A stretch of DNA of 64,000 nt from Bispira polyomma. Taxonomy: Eukaryota. The position numbers and the translations under genes are program-made. Below the pieces are notes generated by a model. It was not told the origin of the DNA, searched no databases, and saw only the letters and a program-made list of their open reading frames with translations. The stretch is from contig OZ287756.1 of NCBI GenBank assembly GCA_965649765.1, forward strand, positions 42,346,001 through 42,410,000, given 5' to 3'. Shown here piece after piece: positions 9,262 to 22,991 of this stretch (position 1 is its first letter; each line of letters starts with the position of its first letter).

Positions 9262-10302
9262 AGTTATTACTGGTGTACTAATAATATGCATAATAAACAA
9301 TTACAAGAACAGTCTGAGGAGCAGCATTGAGTTTGATTTCAGTTGTGCGAGGTGATCTAGGCAATCTAAAGCTACCTACAATTTGCACTGGTCGTACACT
9401 GGTCAGATTCGACCCTAGCGACTTCCCCTACTATGAGCAATCTATTGTGATAATTTTATTTAAAAGCAAATTGTCGCACCAGTCATGCAATGTGGGGGCA
9501 CAACAGGGAGCAATGAACAACCACTAGACACAACCTAGGCATTTTTAACTTGTTGGAAACTTGTATAAATATCAGCTTATGTGCACATTAATAACCTCAG
9601 CTTTCGAGCTCTCCCCATTAGCTTAACTGTTGAAAGTGTTGACTTCGAGAGCAGGAGGTCGACGGATAGAAAGCTGCCCAAGGTGTAACTTTCTTTCCAA
9701 CTATACACTTGATCCTGCATTTTGCATCACCTCAGCGTCACATTGAGATCTCAATTTAAAATCACCAAAGTATAACCTAGGCTAAAAACTAACTACTGGG
9801 TCACTGTATCCTTCTCTAAGGAGTGACAATCTCTTAGCTTACCTCTAGGCCATTAATCCACTCGTTATGCTTGATATTATATGCCAGAGTGGAGAGTGGA
9901 TATAAAATATGAGTATGCACATCAATATTTTTACAAAAATGTTAGCTAGACATTTGTATAACCTAAGACAGGAAGATAAAAGGAAACAATGGTTTGATCC
10001 TTGTGGCAGAAGTTTGAGATGTGGAAACAATTTTATCTAATTATTGTGGTTACTAGCCTATAAATATTGTAGAAATATGCCAACAGGGAGTGGGTTTTTA
10101 CCAATGGATACAACAAGTAGAACACTGTCAATGTACTCCACAAAACATCATTCAACACTTAAGTTGAACTTTGGGGGGTAATTTGAATTTCGTGTAATGT
10201 TGAGTGATTGTGTACAGTTGATTAAGCCTTTACCAGTAAATGTGGTAAATATAGCAGCAATACTTACATGCTACATAGACTCGCAGATATATATATATAG
10301 TA

Positions 10303-10545
10303 CATCCCCATTAATAAATAAATTCCAGCTTAAGTCCAGCAGGAGTTGGCAGTATTCTAGACCAAGGGTCCCTGATCTCTATTCAGTCTGTGATACTGAG
10401 AGCTTGTGACGTCAGAACTGTCATTAAAGTCACTGGCAAATCCACAGAGACTGGAGTTTGATGAGGATTTTAGAACACCACAGAGAATCTACAAGTAATG
10501 TCCAAATGGGGTCTTCTGGAAAAAATTAGTGGAGCCTTAAAGTCA
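10303..10545 (+). repeat. Unclassified interspersed repeat, about 245 bp (also at 13669-13912, 18271-18515, partial 24501-24640)
   Basis: Shared core CTGATCTCTATTCAG...GAGCTTGTGACGTCAGAACTGTCATTAAAGTCACTGGCAAATCC. Confidence 0.85.
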
Positions 10546-11637
10546 GCCTTCCAATATCTAGAAACAAACACTTCTCGGGCTAAAACTCAGTTGATCAATA
10601 TGGTTATTGTAATATATAATTCCAGTAACATCAGGCTATCTCAAAGTACATATTTATTTAAGGTCCTTAGTATGTGTCTGTCAAATGAAAGACATATGTT
10701 TAATTTTGACTCCAGTGGTAAACCTAAGACTATCATGCAAAGGATTCTTGAGTAGTCTGTCTTCAGGATTTTGTGGGAATTCAAAACAGACTCCCTGCTG
10801 TGTCAATATACAACACTCTTGATATGTGTTCTCGTGGAACTCAGACAAAGTAGTGAGGTGTTAAGGTGTGACCTATTTACCAGTTCTGATCATCAGTCTA
10901 CAAGTCAAAATATCCCAGCTGGCTCTGTCTCTGAGCTTGTGACCAAGTTCACTTATCATTGATATGATGAATGGTTAAAATATACTTTATAATGAATTCA
11001 ATGATGTATTAACACTTCGAGGTATTTTATTAATATCACACATACAGGTTAAAACATTTAACAACAGTTGTTACTCTATAAAATTAGTCTTGTTATTTAT
11101 TTACAAAAGAGTTCCTAGTTGTTCCTATGTCACCAACTCCGAATATAGCTATGCTTGACCCCGATGTTAATAAAGAAGTTCTATCAACATGTCCATATGT
11201 GTTCCAGTTCATGGTGTTTTTATTTCTATTTTATTTTACAAGCAATTTCTTATTGCCCACAGCACACACTCATCCATCCCTTTTACAAACCATCATAGTG
11301 TTTGCGATTCTTAGGCGAAGATACCAAGACACTGCATGTCACACACAAAATTTAGTAGGTGAAAACATCTAGACTGGCCAAGGTCAGGTGCAGCAGCAAT
11401 GAGGTTCCTCCAAACGTGATTTGGTATGGTAACCTCACAATGCGTACATCAGTTTATCAAAGCATTGTTGAGGTCAGAAAATTTGGTCTACATGGAAGCA
11501 TAGATCTGCTGACGACAAAAAACTTATCTATAGAATCGTCCGACCTAGAGATCAGTGATATGGAAGCTTAGGCTTAATTTCCATAGGTTTGTGGCATCTG
11601 GTACAAATACTGTTGGTTTCCCTCCAAAGATGTTCAT

Positions 11638-11885
11638 GGGGGCCGCGGTGGCCTAGTGGTTAGCAAGCAGTGCGCTTTACAATCACTGGTCTCCCACCTC
11701 TGGGATCGGCTGGCGTGGGTTCGACTCCCGTTGATGCCTATGTGGGAAAGGTAGTAGTTCCCTATTGTGCGCGGCTGGTTTCACTGTAGAACCTTGACCA
11801 ACTGTATACAGTGTTTCCTCTAGCGTTCCAACTACCCGTCCCAATACAACCTACTAAAAGGTACTAAAGTGGATGTTAAACATCA
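11638..11885 (+). mobile_element. tRNA-derived SINE family 1, copy B (duplication junction copy)
   Basis: A box TGGCCTAGTGG (11649-11659) and B box GGTTCGACTCC (11718-11728). It has the left flank of copy C and the right flank of copy A. Confidence 0.9.
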
Positions 11886-12403
11886 CATGTCACGAGCAAC
11901 CCAAGAGGTTAGGAGTGCAGTCTGTAAGTGATAGAGCATTGACGTAGTCATGTGATGCAGTATCGAATGCTGAAGACTCCATCTAATTTGAGTATGTGTG
12001 TTGCAACTATAAAGAGGGGAGAACATGCCACTGTGTTTACAGATGGTGACATAGTTATCTGAGGGGGAAATGTCACAACTACAACTAAGTACATGTTATA
12101 TACTGAACAAAGTCCAAGTCATTGGAAAACAGTCTGGAAGTTGTAACCAACTACACCTTGGTCAGTATTGTCTCAGTTCAATAAATATCAACTTATGATC
12201 AGCTCAACATAGATAAATGGCTCAGTTGATCTTGAAAATCAAATTGACATTCTCAAACCTAGGATCAGCTGTATTCACAAACATTTTCAGTATGTTCTTA
12301 GGCTCAGCTAATCAGATTTTTTTAAAGATATTTTCATTCAATCAAATTGGTTGAAATAAAAGTTTAAAATAAGAATCTATGTGTACACCAGCCCTGATGT
12401 GTA

Positions 12404-12647
12404 NNNNNNNNNNNNNNNNNNNNNNNNNNNNNNNNNNNNNNNNNNNNNNNNNNNNNNNNNNNNNNNNNNNNNNNNNNNNNNNNNNNNNNNNNNNNNNNNN
12501 NNNNNNNNNNNNNNNNNNNNNNNNNNNNNNNNNNNNNNNNNNNNNNNNNNNNNNNNNNNNNNNNNNNNNNNNNNNNNNNNNNNNNNNNNNNNNNNNNNNN
12601 NNNNNNNNNNNNNNNNNNNNNNNNNNNNNNNNNNNNNNNNNNNNNNN
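12404..12647. other. Assembly gap (244 N)
   Basis: Run of N. ORFs called across it are artefacts. Confidence 1.
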
Positions 12648-15004
12648 AATAATATGTATAATAAACAATTACAAGAACAGTCTGAGGAGCAGCATTGAGT
12701 TTAATTTCAGTTGTGCGAGGTGATCTAGGCAATCTAAAGCTACCTACAATTTGCACTGGTCGTACACTGGTCAGACTCGACCCTAGCGACTTCCCCTGCT
12801 ATGACCAATCTATTGTGATAATTTTATTTAAAAGCAAATTGTCGCACCAGTCATGCAATGTGGGGGCACAACAGGGAGCAATGAACAACCACTGGACACA
12901 ACCTAGGCATTTTTAACTTGTTGGAAACTTGTATAAATATCAGCTTATGTGCACATTAATAACCTCAGCTTTCGAGCTCTCCCCATTAGCTTAACTGTTG
13001 AAAGTGTTGACTTCGAGAGCAGGAGGTCGACGGATAGAAAGCTGCCCAAGGTGTAACTTTCTTTCCAACTATACACTTGATCCTGCATTTTGCATCACCT
13101 CAGCGTCACATTGAGATCTCAATTTAAAATCACCAAAGTATAACCTAGGCTAAAAACTAACTACTGGGTCACTGTGTCCTTCTCTAAGGAGTGACAATCT
13201 CTTAGCTTACCTCTAGGCCATTAATCCACTCGTTATGCTTGATATTATATGCCAGAGTGGAGAGTGGATATAAAATATGAGTATGCACATCAATATTTTT
13301 ACAAAAATGTTAGCTAGACATTTGTATAACCTAAGACAGGAAGATAAAAGGAAACAATGGTTTGATCCTTGTGGCAGAAGTTTGAGATGTGGAAACAATT
13401 TTATCTAATTATTGTGGTTACTAGCCTATAAATATTGTAGAAATATGCCAACAGGGAGTGGGTTTTTACCAATGGATACAACAAGTAGAACACTGTCAAT
13501 GTACTCCACAAAACATCATTCAACACTTAAGTTGAACTTTGGGGGGTAATTTGAATTTCGTGTAATGTTGAGTGACTGTGTACAGTTGATTAAGCCTTTA
13601 CCAGTAAATGTGGTAAATATAGCAGCAATACTTACATGCTACATAGACTCGCAGATATATATATAGTACATCCCTATTAATAAATAAATTCCAGCTTAAG
13701 TCCAGCAGGAGTTGGCAGTATTCTAGACCAAGGGTCCCTGATCTCTATTCAGTCTGTGATACTGAGAGCTTGTGACGTCAGAACTGTCATTAAAGTCACT
13801 GGCAAATCCACAGAGACTGGAGTTTGATGAGGATTTTAGAACACCACAGAGAATCTACAAGTAATGTCCAAATGGGGTCTTCTGTAAAAAAAATGGTGGA
13901 GCCTTAAAGTCAGCCTTCCAATATCTAGAAACAAACACTTCTCTGGCTAAAACTCAGTTGATCAATATGGTTATTGTAATATATAATTCCAGTAACATCA
14001 GGCTATCTCAAAGTACATATTTATTTAAGGTCCTTAGTATGTGTCTGTCAAATGAAAGACATATGTTTAATTTTGACTCCAGTGGTAAACCTAAGACTAT
14101 CATGCAAAGGATTCTTGAGTAGTCTGTCTTCAGGATTTTGTGGGAATTCAAAACAGACTCCCTGCTGTGTCAATATACAACACTCTTAATATGTGTTCTC
14201 GTGGAACTCAGACAAAGTAGTGAGGTGTTAAGGTGTGACCTATTTACCAGTTCTGATCATCAGTCTACAAGTCAAAATATCCCAGCTGGCTCTATCTCTG
14301 AGCTTGTGACCAAGTTCACTTATCATTGATATGATGAATAGTTAAAATATACTTTATAATGAATTCAATGATGTATTAACACTTCGAGGCATTTTATTAA
14401 TATCACACATACAGGTTAAAACATTGAACAACAGTTGTGACTCTATAAAATTAGTCTTGTTATTTATTTACAAAAGAGTTCCTAGTTGTTCCTATGTCAC
14501 CAACTCCGAATATAGCTATGCTTCACCCCAATGTTAATAAAGAAGGTCTATCAACATGTCCATATGAGTTCCAGTTCATGGTGTTTTTATATCTATTTTA
14601 TTTTACAAGCAATTTCTTATTGCCTACAGCACACACTCATCCATCCCTTTTACAAACCATCATAGTGTTTGCGATTCTTAGGCGAAGATACCAAGACACT
14701 GCATGTCACACACAAAATTTAGTAGGTGAAAACATCTAGACTGGCCAAGGTCAGATGCAGCAGCAATGAGGTTCCTCCAAACGTGATTTGGTATGGTAAC
14801 CTCACAATGCGTACATCAGTTTATTAAAGCATTGTTGAGGTCAGAAAGTTTGGTCTACATGGAAGCATAGATCTGCTGACGACAAAAAACATATCTATAG
14901 AATCGTCCGACCTAGAGATCAGTGATATGGAAGCTTAGGCTTAATTTCCATAGGTTTGTGGCATCTGGTACAAATACTGTTGGTTTCCCTCCAAAGATGT
15001 TCAT

Positions 15005-15261
15005 GGGGGCCGCGGTGGCCTAGTGGTTAGCAAGCAGTGCGCTTTACAATCACTGGTCTCCCACCTCTGGGATCGGCTGGCGTGGGTTCGACTCCCGTCG
15101 ATGCCTATGTGGGAAAGGTAGTAGTTCCCTATTGTGCGCGGCTGGTTTCAGTGTAGAACCTTGACCAACTGTATACAGTATTTCCTCTAGCGTTCCAACT
15201 ACCCGTCCCAATATAACCTACTAAAAGGTACGAGAGTGGACGTTAAACATCAAACTTCAAA
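15005..15261 (+). mobile_element. Full-length tRNA-derived SINE family 1, copy C, with 15-bp target-site duplication
   Basis: A and B boxes, a short TCAAA-type tail, and TCCAAAGATGTTCAT at both 14990-15004 and 15262-15276. Confidence 0.95.
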
Positions 15262-17223
15262 TCCAAAGATGTTCATAGAGATATAAAATTTAAACAAATT
15301 CAAATCCATCATTGTCAAATTTTTTGTTGATAAAATTTAAAAAAATATATCAATAAAATGAAGGAAAGTAAGAAAGTCTCTTATTTTCTTTGTCATTTTA
15401 AAGCAACATATAATTTTAATCATGTAACACAGCAGATTCCTTTAACCATTGTAGTTTAAAATCTTGACGTGACCTCTGGGGGGCATATAATCACCATACA
15501 GCCTACTGATTTGTGTTTCTACCGTTAGATTACACACCTGGTACTGAGTTATTACATACACATACAGTTCAACATACTGATTTCTTACTTCTATCTAAAA
15601 AAAGGATATGGACCTCCTGACACACACAATACTGATTTAGTGGAATTATTTCATACAATACTACGTTGTCTTAGGGCGGCTCAAACTCACAATAACTCGG
15701 CCACAGAATGTATATAGGAAAGTTAGCAGTAGACTTACAGAAGATGGAAGCTTCACAAAACAGAAATCTAGATCAACTACTCAGTTCTCTGTTCCTCCAC
15801 CAATAAACTGCCTGTCACGGTAGAATATACAGGTTGAAATGGTGAACTCTAAAATAAACCCAGTCTAAACACCACAACTCTGTTTTTGTACAACAGGAAA
15901 AAGTACAATTACACCAAAACACTGTTTTGTGTAACAGGAAAAAGTACAATTACTAAAACTATGGTAGAAATTATTTCATGTTAAACTCCTGTTTGAGTGA
16001 TACCTATTGTTTAAAACAGGTGCTTCTTTTTAAAGAATGTCCTGTCTGCTTTCTAGGCCACATTATTGAATGACCTTGTTTAATAAATTACTCAGTTCAA
16101 GTTTACATTGGTACTTTATATTCCGTAACTTTTAAATATATATTACATTTATGCACTGAAATTATGATATAAAATTATATTTACATAAAATTGTATCGCC
16201 TTACCTTTATTCGGCTCGGACCATTAATTTTAGAGAAACACCTAATTCTTGGCTATTCTCCTACACATAAACAGATGAATAAAATCAGTCCCTTCTCTGT
16301 AATAAAGTTACTCAACTTGTAAATGTTATATTTTGATGCTCAGATGAATTGCTTAACTATGACATTTAGAAGAAACAAATTAAGCTTTTGCTATATTCTT
16401 GAGCTTGAGGAATTCGTGACACCATTACTTGTGAAACTCCTGCGTGTGTATGTGACCTTACTGCACATAAATAGCGTACAAAGGCTGGCATTGTTAGAGC
16501 CACTTACACATAAGTTCAGGCTATTAGACCATGGCACTGGTGTGACAGAATGTGAACCATTTTGAGGTAAAGTTTGTGTTGGTGAAATCAGCGAGATACT
16601 GTATTGCACAGTGTTAGGCATGCCTTGGTGGTTGTAGAGGTAACATGCTTGCCTCCCATACCCTGCAGTCACGATTCTTGGTAGTATCATTTGTATGTGA
16701 CAGTTGGCAGTGAACTTGCTGGAGGGCGGTGGTTTGCAGTGCACAGATTTCTATTCAACCACACTGTATTGCTTTGCTCCACCAATAAACTGTCCATCAC
16801 GATAGATTATTGTTCAAAATGGCATAAAACTGAAAATAATTTTACCAACATAGTACTACTACTTAATGCATGGCATTTTGATGATTATAGTGGTATAATA
16901 AATTCGACTTAAGTCTCTATTATTATCTAAATTCACCCTTGCAGTTAATATTCGAAAAATAAAACTTGCTATCTTTCCTAATATCAAATTCGACTTAATC
17001 CAGTAGAGAAAAATATATGATGAAAACATTGGATGTTAATGATACCTATTCCTGATGCAAAGAGTGCATGTTACCTTATAAATATGTGAACCTTTCAAAC
17101 AAAACTGTTACTATAGCATTCTTTTTGTTCCAAATGTTATACCAGAGTAGCACAAAGCTGGCAATAAGCTTTAGATTTTGCATACTATTTTGAATTTTAG
17201 TGACCATTGCATCAATAATAGCT

Positions 17224-17500
17224 CAACAGGAGCATTCGGTAGAGAGCAAAACCACTGCCATGGGGTAAACAATTGAAAGGGTTTGTGCTGCAGCTGGAAA
17301 CCTATACCCCTGACAGTCGGCCAGATGATAACATAATCAAAGAGTACATGAATAATGTCAAAGTAGCTGTTGATGTGTCATTAAAATTGAATGGTTTGTT
17401 CCTTGGTCCATACCCTTCACAAAATATGCTAAACTATTAGTTCAGTAGTTTTTGGGCGCATTTCTGCTAACAAACTAATCAAACAAAAAAACATAACCTC
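17224..17500 (+). mobile_element. Degenerate non-autonomous Helentron/HINE-like repeat (relatives at about 23900-24062, 39825-39970 on -, 40983-41140, 43637-43965)
   Basis: Shared 5' AAGAGCACTCAGTRGAGCACAAACCTCCGCC-like head, TAGTTTTTGAGTAATCCTGCT...AAACAAAC body, and a 3' ATAACCTC(C/T)TTGGTGGAG hairpin (clearest near 24040). The family assignment is by architecture only. Confidence 0.5.
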
Positions 17501-18909
17501 CATACACAGTGATGAGCTGAGCATCAATACATGCTCCATTAATGAGAACGACTATGTCATTATATGAACTGACTGCCGTGATTGTCAGCGTACAATAACA
17601 GGGGTTTCATTGTTATCAGCTGATTGACTTTGCAAGGCTGCTGTAGCAATTTACAGAAGCTAATGATGTAACTGAGTTAGGGATAGGCGGAGTTCACACG
17701 TTCCCTAGGATAGATACTGTGGCAACATTGCAGTGATTTGTCAATACAATGTTCTAGAATATAACTTAGTGTTAAGACCTGAGCATTTAGGTGAGTGTAT
17801 GTATGGAAAATATTAGGTATTACAAAAGCAATTTTAGGGATAACCCAAAATATTAGTGTCGTTATTTAGATTTGTTGGTTTACATCACGCTCCAAATAAG
17901 CTTTTGGCATAACCATCAGCACTGCATCACTTTCGTTGACATATAACCTAAGATATTGATTAATTATGAAACGGCTAACTGGTCAGTCATCCTGTGTTAA
18001 GTTAATTATATATTTTAATTTCCATATTTTTAGTAGTAATTCTAGATGTAGTTACCGGTTTGTTAATTTAAATCTTTTACACATTGGTTCAGTTTGATGC
18101 CATAAATTTGTACAAAAGCAAATTGTTTGTTGATATTGTAATGTAAATTAACCTTGTTTTTCTTCATTGGTGTTTTACTGGCCCCAATTCACAGATATAC
18201 ATTATTATAATCATTAAATTGTTATTCTTTATGTAGCTTCCTGTGTGGGTTTTTTATGTTTATCTGGATTCATCCCCATTAATAAATAAATACGAGCTTA
18301 AGTCCAGCAGGAGTTGGCAGTATTCTAGACCAAAGGTCCCTGATCTCTATTTAGTCTGTGAAATTGAAAGCTTGTGACGTCAGAATTGTCATTAAAGTCA
18401 CTGGCAAATCCACAAAGACTGGAGTTTGATGAGTATTATGAACAAAACAGATAACATTTGCAAATAATGTTCAAATATGGACTTCTGATAAAAAAAAGGT
18501 GGAGCCTTAAAGTCAACATCTAGAAATAGAAAACTTTTATGTTTACTTGCTTCCTCAAGAATATTAATATCACTATACTAATTCATCATGTCAGTGAACC
18601 ACTGAATGGCCTGAATTACATAATAATCACAGCTACACCTTTTGGTGATATAAAACCTTTCATGTATCACCTTTTTGTCAGGTATTGCATGATGTTGTGT
18701 TTACTCTGATAAGGGCACCACCATGTGGAAACAAATAAGTAATGCTTAGTATTTTAATATACTAATAAGCTACCGACTGGTAATAGTAGCTACTATTTCC
18801 ATTAGATTGTTTAAGGAATAACCATGACAACACTGAGATAATCGCAAATTTTACTACGATTGGAGGCGTGGCAACATGAAAGGGGAAGCCTGAGTGTTTC
18901 TACATGTAC

Positions 18910-19597
18910 ATAACCATATTGCCAAGGCTTGCCTTGCCTGTTACTATCGTATACTCAACTTGCAACGAATTCGTAGATTCCTCAGCGTTGATACTGCAGT
19001 TCTAGTGCAGTTCTAGTGCAGTTCTAGTGGCAAGGTCACTTGGACTAATGTAACTCTTTACTATATGGGGTCAGTAATGCTAATATTGCCAAACTTCAGA
19101 GTCCAAAATGCTCTCTGTCACATTATTTACAGGCTTGACAGATTTAGTTATGTCACCCCCTACCTTCAAAAGCTCCACTGCCTTCCCAATAAATATCACA
19201 TCCTTTTCAAGTACAACCTGCTGGTTTTCAAGTCTATTACCTACTCCCAACCTCCTTATCTATCGTCTTTAATAAAGTCCAACACCCTCACTCGTGGAAA
19301 TAGGCTATCGTTTTCACTTCACACTGAACGTCAAATTGGAAGGCACAGCTTTGCTGTGGCTGCTCCGGTGGAATGGAACAGGTTGCCACAAAATGTCAGA
19401 TCATAGCAGACAATATCGACTTTTCAAAGCTAGCTCAAGACTCACTTGTTTAGACTGGCTTATCCCCACCTTAGTTACTTCCTGGTTGGCGCTCACTGGG
19501 TAATGACCTCTGCTTGATAATGAACAATCCATTTTTGGAACTCATTAGACAATTCTTATCAATTTTGCGCTATATAATTGTTTCTATTATTATTATT
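18910..19597 (+). mobile_element. 3' fragment of an L2/CR1-group LINE (ORF2 C-terminus + 3' UTR + (TAT)n tail), decayed
   Basis: Broken translation LQRIRRFL...CNSLLYG...KLQ-VQNALC...LQKLHCLP...PPYLSSLI...SFAVAAPVEWNRLP...LKTHLF. Ends GCGCTATATAA...TATTATTATT. Confidence 0.85.
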
Positions 19598-20327
19598 GAT
19601 GGGTTATCAGTATTCTAACATGACAAATTAAAAATTTTACCTAAATGTTGCCATATTTTACATTATATAGTTTAACCGTGAGAGCTACTTAACTAGACGT
19701 AAGTTGTGTTATGGAGAAAACAGTCTGGGCCATTACAACGCCATAGTCAAAGATTTTACCATACTCTTGAACCAATCAGAATAGACGATACAAGCTTGTC
19801 ATGTTACAATGTTGTTTTTTTTCTCTATATAATTCCACACTGGGACTAGCAGTGGGGCAACACATTGAGATAAGGAAACAATGAAAAGAACTGTCCAACA
19901 AAAAAAATGTCTAGAATGTTAAACTCAAAATTCATGTCTTGTGCATAATCGACAAATGTTTACCAATTCTGTAGCATTGTTGTTTAGGGTGGGTTTTTGA
20001 TATTTATTGACAAAATGGAGCAGGCCAGCAATGGTGCCAAACATGTTTACAGTTTGGAGTTGGACATTGTATTCTCACATGGGAATATCGTGTGAGATTC
20101 TTTATTGATGTGCGTCAGATACAGGGAAGAAACTTAAAGGTGTCTGTAACAAATAAATATCATGTAATGCACCTCTTATAGTCATACTTAATGTACATTT
20201 ATTTTGTGAGTTGGGACATGATGTTTAAATGTATTTTTGCAATGTCTTGTTTAAATTACCAGTATTTTTATGATCAGAAATCTTGCAAGAATCAAACAAA
20301 TCCACTGTAAGAATAATAATCACTTGT

Positions 20328-22019
20328 GGCATTCTCTCCAAATAATCCCGGGGGGGATTATTTAGTTTTGGGTTGCAATTTAAATAGTCCCCGGGAATTA
20401 TTTGGTTTTGGGTAAAAATATTTTTAAATAGTAATGAAGATGCTTTTTTGTAAATGTTAAATGGTAAAAGATGTTATTATATAGTCCTGTTATATCCCCC
20501 AGGGATTATTTCAGTACTATATATAATCCTGTCATAATCCCTGGGGATTATTTCAGTACTATATATAATCCTGTTATAATCCCCAGGGACTATTTCAGTA
20601 CCATATATAATCCTCTTATAATCCCCGGGGGTTATTACAAACACCCATCATTTTCCATTTACATTTACGAAGAAGCGTGTACGTCATCAATGATCATGTT
20701 TTGGTACTCAACATAGGTTTCACCTAGGGGGCTATATCGAGAGAATGCCCCCTAAATGATTATTACAATTAAAAATCAACATTATAATTGTCATACAATA
20801 TATACAACTAACTGACAACCAAGTAACAAAACATAGACAATACTAATCGAATACGCTTTTTCGTCTGGCATTATGTTTGGTAAAAATACTTTGAAATGGC
20901 ATAACAATTCCTTTTGAAAAAGCAGTAATACTCTATCCTGGTTTGTTTTGTAATCAATTTTGAAGGAGCACTTCATGAATTTGTCATTTATTAAATTAAA
21001 TGCACAAATTAGGAACAAACGTGTATAAGTGCATATTTTACTATTTCCTTGTTACTAGTATTCTTAAAAATGTAGCAAGAAATATGATTTGTGAATATGT
21101 TATTATGAAATATAAACTTCATTATCATTAAATTGCCCATGAAATAACACTTTCCCAATTTTAAATAAACAAAGATTATTTGAATTGCAAAGTTCTTTCA
21201 ATTTTGCAGCCTAAACGAAAAAGCATGTACCCCTCCAATTGTACTTGTTTGGTTATGAAGTTAATACCGTATTAACAAAAAAGGCACTTTTGTGGCCATT
21301 TTTCTGTTTTTTAAAGTTTTTCTCCATTAATAATTTTTGGACCCATTTTTCGCTTAATTTCATTAAATTTTAAGCTGTTTAGGAGTCTAGGTGGGGTTAT
21401 TTAGGATTCAATGTGCCAACTATTCTTTTCTAAAGTGTTAAATTACAGTTACCCCTACGTTAACATAGTGTTAACTTGGATATATTGATTTTTTTTTAAC
21501 CTTCTACTCTTTCCCCCAAAAAATCAAGCCCCTATTTTTTGATATAATGAGCCCCACCAAAGAAACCCTCTTTCCAAAAAAATACCTTTTTTGTGGCAAC
21601 CATCCAGTTAGTTGGAATATGGATAACTTTACATTACATCTTTGATTTATATCATTAATTGTTATATATATAATCTTCATATAACCCCCGGGGGTTATTT
21701 GGAGATTAAACAATCATCCTGTTATAGTCCCCGGGGATTATTTAATTTTAGCATTTTCCTTGGTATTGCCATTTCATTTTTGATGGAATTCCATTCATTT
21801 GGAGGGGACTTTAACATTGTAAGGTTTGATTTTTAAGGTTCAATGAAATTAAAATTTTAAAAACAAATTCTAATAGTCCCCAGGAAACATTTATTACTTT
21901 TTTTATTAATTTTCATTAGTAAAATTAACTTGTTTATGTAATAGTCCCCTGAGATTATTTGGAGATAACATATTCATGGCAAACGTTTTTCCCTCAGGGG
22001 GCTATATCGAGAGAATGCC
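20328..22019. mobile_element. Non-autonomous TIR DNA element with palindromic subterminal repeats
   Basis: GGCATTCTCTC (20328-20338) pairs with GAGAGAATGCC (22009-22019, also 20739-20749). About 10 ATAATCCCCNGGGGATTAT-like palindromes cluster near both ends, and a 42-bp tandem array lies at about 20478-20636. Confidence 0.7.
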
Positions 22020-22991
22020 GATTTCCCTGTGTTAGTCTAAGTCTTGCTAGGACTACGACTCAAGACTTGTTTTGTCACAAACTCTCAGATCAAAACCCTA
22101 AACACCATGTCACCACAACCTTTCAGTCGCAGAGTATATTTGGGAAGACCTCTTTGGGATTCTAAACTCCCAGTTTGTGCATGTTTTTGCACTCGATAGC
22201 TCTTTAAAAAGTAACCAAATAACTTCACCTGACTTACAATGGGCACTATGGCATCCTACTTTTATTTTGTATTTGCACCAATGTAACTTTTTTCTCCTTT
22301 TCTCGCTTGTTCTTTCTTTTTGTACATCATTTGTTACATACGGAAAAGAAAGAAAACATGAGTATTTTTGAAACATCACACAACGTGCATCAAATTTACA
22401 TTATTAACTGGTAGTAGTTGATGCCAAATATAAGATTTTTACTGTCACTTCCACAACTTTTATTTTCCTCCCAAGGACAAAAATTGTCAATTTATAATCT
22501 TCCCATAACAGGAAAAAAATTAATAAAATAAAAACAAAAACTTAAACCTCTTAAAAATAATAAACACAGTACATCTATTGGAAAATATAAAGATGTAAGT
22601 CAAACAAAGGAAATAATGGTTTCCAATGTTTTTCCAAAACATCTTTTCATTCCTTTTTAAAAATAAACAGATTTATTTTCTAAATTATGACCTGCCCCCT
22701 GATCCTGACCCCTTGGACCCGCCTCCTCCGGATTCTAGCTATGTTATGGGACTTCCTTGTATACTTGATAACAAAAAAAAAATTGTTGTAAATAGAATGC
22801 GTTGAAAGGCCTGTGTATGTAATTTGAATGTCCCAACACATTATGTTTCCATTAAACTTGACAAAACATTAGCTTTTAAAACGTTAGACCCTTTTTACAC
22901 TGAAAGTGTCTTGGTGTCAAGGTGATATGAGAAAAAGTGTGTCAAATTGTCAGTAGAATTGTAATACAGCTGATGTTACATGACCAGCAGC

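Larger units (their letters stand above)
8692..15252 (+). repeat. Recent tandem segmental duplication, unit about 3194 bp (8692-11885; 11886-15252 including the gap)
   Basis: The units are near-identical along their length with only scattered substitutions. Each ends in a SINE family 1 copy at ...GTTAAACATCA. Confidence 0.95.

Noticed and set aside
11638-11735. tRNA gene (also at 15005, 29559, about 9614-9685)
   Set aside because: A and B boxes are present, but there is no closed cloverleaf or acceptor stem. The copies at 11638, 15005 and 29559 continue into a shared body, and those at 15005 and 29559 have tails and TSDs, so they are SINE heads. The 9614 copy is too decayed to call.
12342-12756. 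Four ORFs in the ORF track
   Set aside because: They are open only because of the N gap.
20471-20716. ORF with 14-aa repeats (likewise the 10-aa repeat ORF at 26005-26220)
   Set aside because: These are translations of the 42-bp and 30-bp minisatellites.
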